This document shows, one piece after another, positions 12,750-24,691 of a DNA stretch of 64,000 nt. Within the stretch, counting starts at the first letter, position 1; the number at the start of each line of letters is the position of its first letter. The position numbers and the translations under genes are program-made. Source of the DNA: Eledone cirrhosa (Eukaryota); the NCBI GenBank assembly GCA_964016885.1, contig OZ024743.1:233058001-233122000 (forward strand), written 5' to 3'. The notes under the pieces are model-generated. The model was not told the DNA's origin. It worked only from the letters and a program-made list of their open reading frames with translations, and did not search any database.

Positions 12750-15700
12750 ATGACCTCACTCAGAAAAGGGAGCATAAATGCGCGTGGCTTGGGGTCGTCA
12801 TGGAAGCAGGGTCACCTGCTCAACGACCTCAGGTCACTAAACATAGATGTAGTGGCCATCAGCGAGACCAGAATCTCCGAAGCACGGGCCTTCGCACCGA
12901 TCTTCGGCGGCTACGATGTGTACGCATCTCCCAGCCGTCCTGGATCGGGGGGAGGAGTTGCTGTGCTTTTTCGGAGAGGTTTGGATCTCGCCATACGGGC
13001 CATCTTCCTGGACCCAGAGGGTAAGTTGGTGGTGCTGGACGTGACCAGCGGAGACGGGCAAGCTTTCAGGCTAGTGGCCGTCTATGCCCCGACAGGAGCA
13101 GGGCGGCCTGATTTCTTCCGGCGTCTGGAGACCTTTCTTGGAACGTCCCGCTCTTTAGTGTTAGTGGGCGACTGGAACGGGATCTTAGATGCACGCTGGG
13201 ACTGTGTGGGATTAGCAGATAGGGGTGGAGGGTGCAAGAGCCTCACCAACCTGCTCAGGCGTTTTGAACTGTCTGACAGGTACCGATTGGATTTCCCGAA
13301 TGTACCAATGTGGACTTGGACAAATCGCATAGGGTCATCCAGATCATATCTAGATAGAGTATTTTGTAGGGAAATAGATAGGTCTAGCATAGGCTGTCCA
13401 CAATTCAAGATAGTCAGCTACACGGACCACAAATTCGTGATCTGTGTGCTTGACTTAGATAGGCTTCATAGACGAGGACCCGGCTACTGGAAGCTAAACG
13501 CGTCCTTACCAGCGCGCAAGGCCTACAGAGACCGGATTAGCGAACTAGTTAAGCGGGCGTTGACGGGGGCCATCGTCAACAACAAGTGGTGGTTTGCTCT
13601 GAAAAGAGCGATTAGAATAGAATCCATTAGGTTTAGTAAGGCTTTAGCAATAGAGAAAAATAGAGCAAAGGGAGAACTAGTTAGAAAATTAGACGAGGCG
13701 CTTAGCAAAGGCATTGCGACCGACGTGTTTGCGGCGAATTTCGCCCTTGACCAATTCTTCAATGCAAAGCACGAAGGCTGCGTTGTCAGAGCTAGAGTGC
13801 GCGCTCTCAGACACGAGGGGACGAAAGCCGTTCAATGGGCCCAAGTAGCGGAGGCGCGTCGTGGCAACAAAGCCACGATCCGGTCTTTGGTGGACCACGA
13901 CAGGCGCATGCTACTCGATCCCGGGAAAATGTGTGAAGCTTTTCAGCGACACTTCGCTCAGCTGTTCGGGGGCAGCGGTGGGCCGGGTCGAGGGATGGAC
14001 TTTAGTGTCTACCTCGACGGACTGCCGCGGCTCTCGGCCACTGAGGCGGAGTGTTGCAAAAAGCCGATAACAGCCGCTGAAGTAAGGGAGGCAATGACTG
14101 GCTGCACAAGGGGTAAATCGCCTGGTTTGTATGGTCTGCCCTATGAACTTTACGTACAAATGCCAGGCTTGTTCGGAGGCCTCTTGGCGGACGTCTACTG
14201 CAACTGGCAACAGAACGGAAGAATTCCCAGTTCTGTGAGCCGAGGAGCGGTGGCACTGCTGAGAAATGATCCGAACAAGGGGGATAACATAGATAATTTC
14301 AGGCCCATAACTCTGCTAAACACAGAGTTCAAGATTTTGGCCAAGGTGCTAGCAAAGAGGTTGGCGCTTGTCGTTGGTGGTCTGGTGGGAGAGGCGCAGA
14401 CATGCGCCATTCCCGACAGATCCATCCACGATAACCTCCACCTCATGCGATACATCGTAGAGAGGGTAGCTAGGGAACCTGGCACGGGTGGGTCCTTGAT
14501 CAATTTAGATCAGTCGAAAGCTTTCGATAGGGTCGACCATCGTTACCTAGCGGCAGTCCTGAGGGCGTTTGGCTTTGGGCCCGTCTTCAGAGGCTGGATC
14601 GCTGCCATGCACAGCGACATCTGCTCTGTCGTGAGAGTGAACGGTCACCTTTCGGAACCGTTCAACATCATGCGCTCGGTCCACCAAGGATGTCCCCTCT
14701 CGTCCCTCTTGTACGTATTGACTCTCGAGCCATTACTACACAAACTGGAGACGTTGAGGGGCGTCCCGCGCGAACTAGGATGCGGAAGTTCCGTGTCAGA
14801 ATATGCGGACGATGTCACCGTAGTGGTGTCGAACGCCAAACACATCCAGCGATCGGCACTACACTAAGAGAATACGAAGCGGTGACAGGAGCAATGATCA
14901 ACCAGGAAATGTCAGTGGGCCTGCAGCTCGGCACCTGGAGAGGCAGGTCCATGCCGTCCAACAGCGTCGTCGGACGTTGGACGGACGGATCGGTTAAATT
15001 GCTAGGGGTCTGGTTCGGTCCGGACCTCCAGACGGACAAAAACTGGGACGAGGTGACGAGCAGGGTGGCTTCTCTCACCCAGAAATGGGCGGAGAGGAAG
15101 CTATCCCTGAAAGGTCGAGCGGAGGTGGCTAACGCGTACATCGCGTCTGTCATCTGCTACCGCCTGACCGTCGTACCTTGTCCTAAGCCCCGCCTGACTG
15201 CGCTGGAGCGTTTGCTCTTTCGCTTTTTGTGGAAGGGACGCGCTCCGATGGTCAGGCGGTCCACCTGCTGTCAACACCCGCTACGTGGAGGGCCGGGAAT
15301 GCCGTGGCTGATGATGCGCAGACACGCGCTCAGGCTACGACATCTCCACCTTTTCCTCGACGGTGATCAGGTGTGGTCACCGTTTGCTAGACACGTATTT
15401 CCCCAGCTCGTTTCCTTGACGAAGCTGCAGTCCTGGGTCAAGCGAAGACCGAGATGGAGCGCCTGGAGACTGGAATGTCATCAGGCGCTCACAGCCCTCG
15501 ACCAATCGGGCAATGTGATCGGTGGAAACTCCACCTCGGTGGTCTATAGAGGATTAGTGGAGGGGAAGAGCGACGACGTACTTGGGGAAACTCTAGGCGT
15601 CGACGAAAATCAACTAGCCAATTCGGAAGAACTTTCGGGCCGGGACCTATGGACAACTTCCAGAAACCTCTGGCCGAGCAGTGCTACCGAGGAGCCTTGC

Positions 15701-16164
15701 CAGTTCGGGATAAACTCTACAGGCATGGAGGTGCCGTCAGCCGGGCATGTCCGAGATGCGCGCAGGGCGACGAAACCGTCCTGCACGCACTCGTCCAGTG
15801 TCCGAAAATTGCTGACTTGTGGGTTTATGTCGAACACCAGCTGTCGCGTGTATGACGGATCCGGCTATCATCTGAGTCCATCGTGAGGATTGCCCCTCCC
15901 TCTTCCTTTAGCCGGGAAGGGCAGGCAGTTTTTATCTGTCTGGTGCCCATGGCGAAAGAGATAGTATGGTGGACACGTTTGAAAGGGCTGAAGACGAGCA
16001 CTTACCTCTTCGGTGATGCCCTGATTGACTTTTTCAAATTTCATTTGAAAAGGAAAATCAGAGTAGAGAGGGAAGTGCTCTCTTCCCAGCATTTTGTTGA
16101 AAGATGGGTGAGAGAAGCAAGAATGGCCCGAGTGAATGTGCCTACTCTGAGTACGTATCTGTAA
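12750..16164 (+). pseudogene. LINE ORF2: APE endonuclease, RT, C-terminal zinc finger; three frameshifts
   Basis: [81 protein letters not shown]. Shifts at about 14850, 15625 and 15855. Confidence 0.92.
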
Positions 16165-16413
16165 ATTAAAGATGGAAAACTGGGAGAGGGCACTTGCCTT
16201 GGTGGTCAGGGTCATTGTGGCTTTTTACTGGGCTTTCTCCACAAATGTCCCTCCGAAGTCTCCCCCCTATTGGGGAATTTTTCATTGTTATTTTTTGTTA
16301 CATCCTCTGTTTTTTGTTTTTTACACGCAGAAATGCCCATTTGTACCGTCCTGCATTGTCCTGCACTGTCCTTAATGTCTACTTTATGTAAACCCTTGTG
16401 GTTAATAAAGAAA

Positions 16414-16450
<37 letters not shown>

Positions 16451-16478
16451 CATTATTATTATTATTATTATTATTATA

Positions 16479-16915
16479 AGGGCGGTCAATTGGCAGTATC
16501 GGTAGAGTGTCAGACGCCATGCTTTGCAGCATAGAGTTACGGCCCTTTATAATCTGAGTTCAGATCCCGCCGAGGTTAACTTTGCCTTTCATCCTTCCTG
16601 TGTTGATAAAATAAAGTACCAGTCACGCACTGGGATCGATTTAATCGACTTTCCCCTCCCCCAAAATTGCTGGCCTTGTGCCTATATAAGAAACCATTAT
16701 TATTAAAAAGATAAATAGATAGGGCGGTGGATTGGCAGTATCGGTAGAGGGTCTGACGCCATGCTTTGCAGCAAAGAGTTACGCCCCTTTATGGTTTGAG
16801 TTCAAATCCCGCCGAGGTTAACTTTGCCTTTCATCCTTACGGGGTCGATAAAATAAAGTACCAGTAATGCACTGGATAATTGCTGGCCTTGTGCCAAAAG
16901 AGGAAACAATTATTA
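16479..16915 (+). mobile_element. Two tandem SINE family A copies (16479-16703 long variant; 16722-16915)
   Basis: The second copy is flanked by the direct repeat TATTAAAAAGATAAATAGATAG (16701-16722 and 16911-16932). Confidence 0.9.
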
Positions 16916-16997
16916 AAAAGATAAATAGATAGATATATTAAATAGATAGATAGATACCTAATATATATATATCCATGAATACACATTCAATATACAT

Positions 16998-17048
<51 letters not shown>

Positions 17049-17368
17049 TATATAAATACTCATCTACTCCACTACTTAATGTCTAATTATGGAGATGTCC
17101 AACATTTAACAAAGAACAGAAACAAAAATTATCGCCGGAAGACATAAGAGGAAAACAAAAGAGAAAAGAACAAAAAACATGGCGACAACAAAGCAGAGAA
17201 ACCTTAAGATTGAGCCACGAATAAAGGGTGTATAATATTGTAAATAATGCTGGGGGTTCTTGTGTTTATTAAAGTAGACCCATAGGATGCGCAAAAAAGA
17301 GTGGGAAGTAAGTAGTGCTGGTAAGGGGAGACAATAGGGTATGAGATTGAGAAATTGATAGTGTTTTG

Positions 17369-17410
<42 letters not shown>

Positions 17411-17672
17411 GTGTGTGTGTGTGTGTGTGTGTGTACATACGTATATATATCATGTATACATACATATATATATACATACGTATATATATCATGTATACAT
17501 ACATATATATACATACGTATATATATACATACATATATACATATATATGTATATATATATGTATGTATATATATATATATATATACATATATATATACTT
17601 ATGTATATATACATATGTAGAGAAATGTGTGTATAGGTATATGTATATATATATATTCGTTTTTTTTTTTCG

Positions 17673-17727
<55 letters not shown>

Positions 17728-17751
17728 TTATATGTGTATGTATATATATAA

Positions 17752-18020
17752 AAGTCTAAAGTCTGTCTTAAGCCAGAAGGCTCATTTGGCCGGTGCTTAT
17801 CCCGGTTTCATAGCGTGGAGTGAGTGAGAGTACAAGACTCTCCCCCCCCCCCCCTGGACAGGACGCCAGTCCTTCGCCAGCTATTGCTGGTACTCATTTT
17901 CAGCTGAGTGTACTGGAGCAACGTGAAGTGAAGTGTTTTGCTCAAGAACACAACACAGGAATCGAACCCACGACATTATGCTCGCAAATCCAAGATCCAC
18001 ACCACTAGGCCACGTGCCTC
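17752..18020 (-). mobile_element. tRNA-derived SINE (family B) with CORE-like central domain
   Basis: Minus strand: GAGGCACGTGGCCTAGTGG (A box), GGTTCGATTCC (B box), TTGAGCAAAACACTTCACTT..CTCAGCTGAAAATGAGTACC, tail AGACTTTAGACTT. The same tail recurs at 20927-20978 (+). Confidence 0.8.
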
Positions 18021-18093
<73 letters not shown>

Positions 18094-18186
18094 TATTCGT
18101 GTATTCATATATACATATATTCGTGTATTTATGTAAATATATACATATATTGGCGTATATATATTTATATATATATACATATATTC

Positions 18187-18224
<38 letters not shown>

Positions 18225-18260
18225 GTTCGTGAATATATATTTATATATATCCATATATTC

Positions 18261-18297
<37 letters not shown>

Positions 18298-18342
18298 TTT
18301 ACACACACCAATTCACGCTGTGGCTCAATGGAGAATTAATAA

Positions 18343-18540
18343 ATTAAATAATTGTTTCTACTTTAAGCACAAGGCCAGCAATTACCCAGTACATTACTGG
18401 TACTTTATTTTATCGACCCCGTAAGGATGAAAGGCAAAGTCAACCTCGGCGGGATTTGAACTCAGATCGTAAAGGGACGTAACTATGCTGGAAAGCATGG
18501 CATGCGACCCTCTACCGATACTGCCAATCTATTAAATAAT
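18343..18540 (-). mobile_element. SINE family A with target-site duplication ATTAAATAAT
   Basis: Direct repeat at 18343-18352 and 18531-18540. Confidence 0.88.
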
Positions 18541-18549
18541 CAGAGCTAA

Positions 18550-18777
18550 ATACTATAGAGTAAAGCATGTCCAGAGAATTATTTGATAATATATATACAT
18601 TATCTCTACTCCCAATTAGCATAATTAACCACACAAAAAATTAATTAGACCAGGCTATAAGAATAAAAGGCATCTATGAAGAAACATTAAATAAATACGC
18701 CAATATGCTGTTTGGGAGTAGAGATGATGTATATATATTATCAAATAATTCTCTGGACATGCTTTACTCTATAGTAT
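18550..18777. repeat. About 66-bp inverted repeats around a 95-bp spacer (MITE-like or PLE fold-back)
   Basis: ATACTATAGAGTAAAGCATGTCCAGAGAATTATTTGATAAT..CTCCCAA and its reverse complement at 18711-18777. Confidence 0.7.
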
Positions 18778-18781
18778 ATAT

Positions 18782-18832
<51 letters not shown>

Positions 18833-18979
18833 CATATATATATATACATATATATATATATACATATATATACATATATATATACATATATATACATATA
18901 TATATACATATATATAATATATATATCATCATCATCATCATCATTTTACGTCTGCTTTTCCCTGCTCTATAGTATATAT

Positions 18980-19051
<72 letters not shown>

Positions 19052-19846
19052 CATATATATATATACATATATATATATATACATATATATACATATATAT
19101 ATACATATATATACATATATATATATACATATATATAATATATATATCATCATCATCATCATCATTTTACGTCTGCTTTTCCCTGCTCTATAGTATATAT
19201 ATATATATATCTACATATATATATATACATATATATATATATACATATATATATATACATATATATATATATACATATATATATAAACATAAATTATCGA
19301 GATTCGCATTTCGGCCCACGAAATAACGAAAAACAACCTCCGAGATGTGAGGCAAGTGCTCAATGATTCAGACGAACCAGAGCTATAACAAACGTTAAAG
19401 GCCAAACACACTGAGACGATGGTTAAACAATCATTCGCATAGCCAAAAAACGATCAAGTAATTCGGGTATTGAAAATTTACCCGGACCCCTGGAAGGGGG
19501 ATAAAATCCAGTATTTGGGTTTCTGCGGCTCCTAAATCAAGTACCGTCCGCTTACATAAATAATGTCAGGCTTCTGGTAAGATGATTGAACAAGGAAGCC
19601 ACTTTCTCAACAGGTTTTAGTTCAATGTTATTACAAGGACTGGTTATTGCTGACTCCACGTGGGGATCGGCAAGGAAAAAGATGAGTATTGATGTACGTC
19701 AATACTCATCTTTTTTCCATTTATCTGAGGGTTCTAAACCCCATTATCAGGCTAAAATTCCTTTAGTCAAAAATACGGTGAAAGCTATTCTATTTTCTAA
19801 TTTCAAACCTGCTCACTGTTTTAAAACATACTTACTTGATATATAC

Positions 19847-19877
<31 letters not shown>

Positions 19878-19904
19878 ATATATATATATATTCGTACCAG
19901 TTAA

Positions 19905-20319
19905 AGAGTAGAGAATAATTGTTTCTACTTTTGGCATAAGGCCAGCAATTACCCAGTGCATTACTGGTACTTTATTTTATCGACCCCGTAAGGATGAAAG
20001 GCAAAGTTAATCTCGGCGGGATTTGAACTCAGAATGGCAAGGGCCGTAACTCTATGCATCAAAGCATGGCGTCTGACCCTCTACCGATACTGCCAATCCA
20101 CAAAGAGTAGAGAATAATTGTTTCTACTTTAGGCACAAGGCTAGCAATTACCCAGTGCATTACTGGTACTTTATTTTATCGACTCCGTAAGGGTGAAAGG
20201 CAAAGTCAACCTCGGCGGGATTTGAACTCAGATCGTAAAGGGGCGTAACTATGCTGGAAAGCATGGCGTCCGAATCTCTACCGATACTGCCAATCCACCG
20301 CCATAGAGTAGAGAATAAT
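19905..20319 (-). mobile_element. Two tandem SINE family A copies
   Basis: AGAGTAGAGAATAAT occurs at 19905, 20104 and 20305, bracketing both copies. Confidence 0.9.
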
Positions 20320-20466
20320 GCGATGCAGTTATGTTTTGCATTGCATTAGCCAGAACATAGGGATCGCCTCCGGCCGGAGGTACTGTCGCCTCAGGGCAGA
20401 TGTTATTAAACATGTGGCATTCTTCACTTGTTAATTGGTGGGAAAGGAGGAGTTATAATTATTATA

Positions 20467-20925
20467 TCACCTCATTGTGATCATTACCATTGTTCCTGTC
20501 ACCACTATTAACGTCTTACTCTGCAGAAGAAGCAGCATCACCATCGCCACCACCACCACCAGCATCACTAACTCTACCATCATCACTACTACTTCCAATA
20601 ATGCCGCCACCGCCATCATCATCCTCCTCATCATCATCATCAGCGACACTTACACTACTATGAGCAGTATGTCCACCACCACCACCAGCGTCAACACCAT
20701 CATAATCATCATCATCATCAGCAGCAGCAGCAACAGCAGCCGCACAGCAGCAATACCACCACCGCCTCCACCATCAACGCCATCACCAACGCCACCATTG
20801 TCTGCACCTCCACCAACTCTAACACCACTATCAACAACAGCACCACAATCACAACCCTCACCACCTTCACCAGCGTCACCACAACCAGCAGCATCTAAAC
20901 CACCACTGCCACCTTCATCGTCAAC
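20467..20925. repeat. Mixed CAT/CAC/CAG trinucleotide low-complexity block
   Basis: Directly visible; the ORFs are homopolymeric amino-acid runs. Confidence 0.85.
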
Positions 20926-21087
20926 AGGGATAAGCACCGTCCAAATGAGCCTTCTGGCTTAAGACAGACTTTAGACTTACGGCCTGCCCGCCCAGCCAGT
21001 GGGATGGCGTCATCGTATGTCTAAAACAGCACGTGCTGTGTGACCAGCGGCGCCGAGTGGCGCCCGACAGAGTGGTCGGTCAAGGTG

Positions 21088-21167
<80 letters not shown>

Positions 21168-21169
<2 letters not shown>

Positions 21170-21311
21170 CAAAGGAATTGTGTTAAGGAACCAGATGAAC
21201 CATAACGCACCAGAGTACCCAATACTTAGGGTAGTAGAGTGGGAAATAGGAAAAAAGTATGACCCCGACGGCAGAGCTCAAGCCGTTAGCCGTCGAAACG
21301 GCTTGAGCTCT
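21168..21311 (-). mobile_element. Half-hammerhead fold-back element (copy B)
   Basis: AAGGAACCAGATGAACCATAACGCACCAGAGTAC..GACCCCGACGGCAGAGCTCAAGCCGTT followed by AGCCGTCGAAACGGCTTGAGCTC. Confidence 0.75.
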
Positions 21312-21462
21312 CACTCTCTCTCTATATATATATATAGGGACCTGCTAATCTGACGATTATTTACGGACACGTAACCCTCTTATTTTATTTTATTTTATTT
21401 CTATTTTATACATATTAATATTAATACATATTAATATATATACATATTAATATTAATACATA

Positions 21463-21498
<36 letters not shown>

Positions 21499-21499
<1 letters not shown>

Positions 21500-21720
21500 T
21501 ATTAGAAAGCTAAGCTATCGCCGTATTTTGACTAAAGAAATTAAAGAAATTATTTAGCCTGATAGTGGGGTTAAGAATCCTCGGAGAAATGGAAAAAAGA
21601 TGAGTATTGACGTACCTCATCTTTTTCCATTTCTCCGAGGATTCTTAACCCCACTATCAGGCTAAATAATTTCTTTAATTTCTATAGTCAAAATACGGCG
21701 ATAGCTTACCTTTCTAATAA
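21499..21720. repeat. Near-perfect 220-bp palindrome in (TA)n
   Basis: Arms of about 105 bp centred near 21610. The right arm is homologous to 19700-19800. Confidence 0.85.
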
Positions 21721-22149
21721 TATATATATATATCCTAAACGGACGTTAGTCCGTTTAGTAATATTGTTGTGGTCGTGTTTTCGTTGGCAATCGTCTGTTT
21801 ACGACAGTACAGCGCGGCTCTACTTTATTTAACTGAGATAAAACTTATATGAGCATGAACAGTAGATCATTACGCATCTTTTGGCTTAAAAATCTAGAAA
21901 TTTGGTCTAGCGGGAAAAAGTTTATAATCAAAGTTTGCTGATAAATCTTGTGTTCAAGTGAGTGAGTAGTAAGCGTGACGCTAGGGGAGGTAATCCAGAA
22001 ATGACATAGCTTTGTGATTAAGCCAGTTGCCTCAACTAGATTGCAATTATACTCAAAAGAACTTTAAAATGTCAATCACTTGTCAGTAATTCACTATGAT
22101 CATTTAATTATTAGATAGTTGTTGCTTGCATTGCCTTAAAAAATAGTAG

Positions 22150-23244
22150 ACCAGATAGAAAAATGCGTACAGCAAAAAAAAGTAATATTGTTGGAATATA
22201 AACCTTTAAAAATACAGGACAAGAAACTAAAATAAAACTTTAACAGAATAGAACAAGAAACTAAGATAAAACTTTAAAAGAATAGGACAAGAAACTAAGA
22301 TAAAACTTTAAAGAATTGGACAAGAAATAAAAAATGTTACAATAATATTACTGGCAAAATTTTTTTATTCGTTTCCTGTGCTATGCCCCAGTATCTTCTT
22401 GATTAGTGCATAATAATTGTCATGCTCTCATTGTGCGTTGCCCCTGAGCGGTTGGTTCTGGTTGGGATTGGTTGACTGAGCAGTTCTGCTCCGTCAGAAT
22501 GACCATTGCAAGAAGAATTGGCCGATGCAGCTGCAGGTCTCCTCCAAGAATACACTTCTGGTCCCGCAACACCAGATGAAGATTGAGAAGACGACCGGGA
22601 CAAGATGTCGACTCTGACCACCAACTACGGCACCTCCTTCAACCACCGGTCCTCCCTCCCTCTGTTCCGTCATCCCTTCAGTCCTCCTGCTCCCCCTTCC
22701 TGTACCAGAAAGCTGTGGCACGCATTCATCTGGACTGCCGAACTTGAACTCAAGGACAAGATGCAAGGAGAAGATGGACGGGTTGGTCAAGATCAAGGAT
22801 GAGCGGGACAACAAGACCGTCCGCTGCTGCTCAAGATCTGTGCTCATGGGCCCATGGGTCCATTCACATTATGCATGACACATGAGGCGTGTCGCCGAAT
22901 GATGAAATAGGGGTATGGTTATGGCCCAATTGGTGTTCAAACCAGGATCAAATGATCCCCCCGGTCTGACGACGACCCCTGAATGTGGAACCCAGAACCT
23001 ATGAATGTGGAACTCGATTTTTTACCAATAAAAATTTTGCCACTAATATTATTGTAAAATTTTTTATTTCTTGTCCAATTCTTTAAAGTTTTATCTTAGT
23101 TTCTTGTCCTATTCTTTTAAAGTTTTATCTTAGTTTCTTGTCCTATTCTGTTAAAGTTTTATTTTAGTTTCTTGTCCTGTATTTTTAAAGGTTTATATTC
23201 CAACAATATTACTTTTTTTTGCTGTACGCATTATGCTATCTGGT
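22150..23244. mobile_element. Element with about 215-bp terminal inverted repeats and a GC-richer core
   Basis: 22150-22364 matches 23029-23244 in reverse. The arms contain about 31-bp subrepeats GGACAAGAAACTAAGATAAAACTTTAA. Confidence 0.7.
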
Positions 23245-23409
23245 ATATATATATATATATAATTCGGGATGTTTGTTTACAAACACACCGACCATTATAA
23301 TAAATGTTCGGTGAATCCATACGTACATATATATATATGTGTGCATGTATGTATATATATATACATACTACTGTACGTCTGTATACATATATGTATGTAC
23401 GTATACATA

Positions 23410-23475
<66 letters not shown>

Positions 23476-23695
23476 TAAGTATACGTACATACATATATGT
23501 ATACAGACGTACAGTAGTATGTATGTATATACATACATGCAGACATATATATATGTACGTTTCATTTTTTCCGTTTATCATTTTCGGTACCCCGGCCGAT
23601 TAACTCACTCGATATGCAAATTAGGCTGCTCAGCCTTTAATATGCATAAGGAAAGTATATACTTTCAGACGTTCAACCATCTGGCAGGAAGGTAT

Positions 23696-23738
23696 ACGTT
23701 GCTGACGATAGCTAATAAACTTGAAACGAGTATAGCGT
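23696..23738 (+). ncRNA. Degenerate minimal type-I hammerhead motif
   Basis: ACGTTG CTGACGA TAG CTAATAAA CTT GAAA CGAG TA TAGCGT. Stem I pairs with two G-U pairs; the stem II closing pair is mismatched. Confidence 0.6.
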
Positions 23739-24001
23739 TCCTTTGTCAGTGTTGAACAAATGAGCAACGATGGTTGCTAGACACTGTACGGCTTAATTCG
23801 GGATGTTTGTTTACAAACACACCGAGCATTATAATAAATGTTCGGTGAATCCATACGTACATATATATATGTGTGCATGTATGTGTATATATATACATAC
23901 TACTGTACGTCTGTATACATATATGTATGTACGTATACATACTTATATTTAAGTAACAGCCGTACTAAGAGTGAGAAATGAAATTTCGTTTCATTTTTTT
24001 C

Positions 24002-24066
<65 letters not shown>

Positions 24067-24617
24067 TCGAAATGCCAGTTTTTTACAGAAGTAATTTGAT
24101 TGGTTGGTGAATAAGTATAATAAATTTCGCGCCATAATAAATATATAATAAATATATATATATGTATATAAATATATATAAATATATATAAATATATAAT
24201 AAATATATATAAATATAAATTCAGCGAGAATCGCATTTCGGCTGGTAGAAAAGCGAAACGAAACGCAAAATCGTAGATTTCCCTGAAAGCGCTCCAATAG
24301 TTAAGAAAACTAGAGCTAAACAATAAGTTAAAACGCCATACAAATTGAAAAGTGGTCAAGAAGGCATTAACCACCTAAGCCAAAAAACAAATCAAGCTAA
24401 ACAGGTCAAACAAAATAAACGATAAAAACAGACCTGGACCCAAATGGAATTGATGGTAAAATCCAAATGCAGGGTTTCTATGACACCTAAATCAATAATA
24501 CTGTCTACTAAAAACTATAAGCTTTCAGCATAAAGATCGAAGGAATATCACGTTATCAACAGGTATTTTGGTCTGTAACCAACTTTGTGAGTGACGCAGA
24601 ACTTGTAAAAGCACATG

Positions 24618-24678
<61 letters not shown>

Positions 24679-24691
24679 CTATATATATATA

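Larger units (their letters stand above)
10385..16477 (+). mobile_element. Near full-length Tx1/L1-clade LINE (copy 1)
   Basis: 5'UTR, ORF1 with CCHC knuckle, ORF2 APE-RT-zinc finger, 3' AATAAAGAAAT and (ATT)n. Bounded by (ATT)n on both sides. Confidence 0.92.

Noticed and set aside
20477-20962. Pro/Thr/Ser-rich ORF (also 34162-34704) as a mucin-like exon
   Set aside because: Trinucleotide repeat mosaics with no splice or domain evidence.
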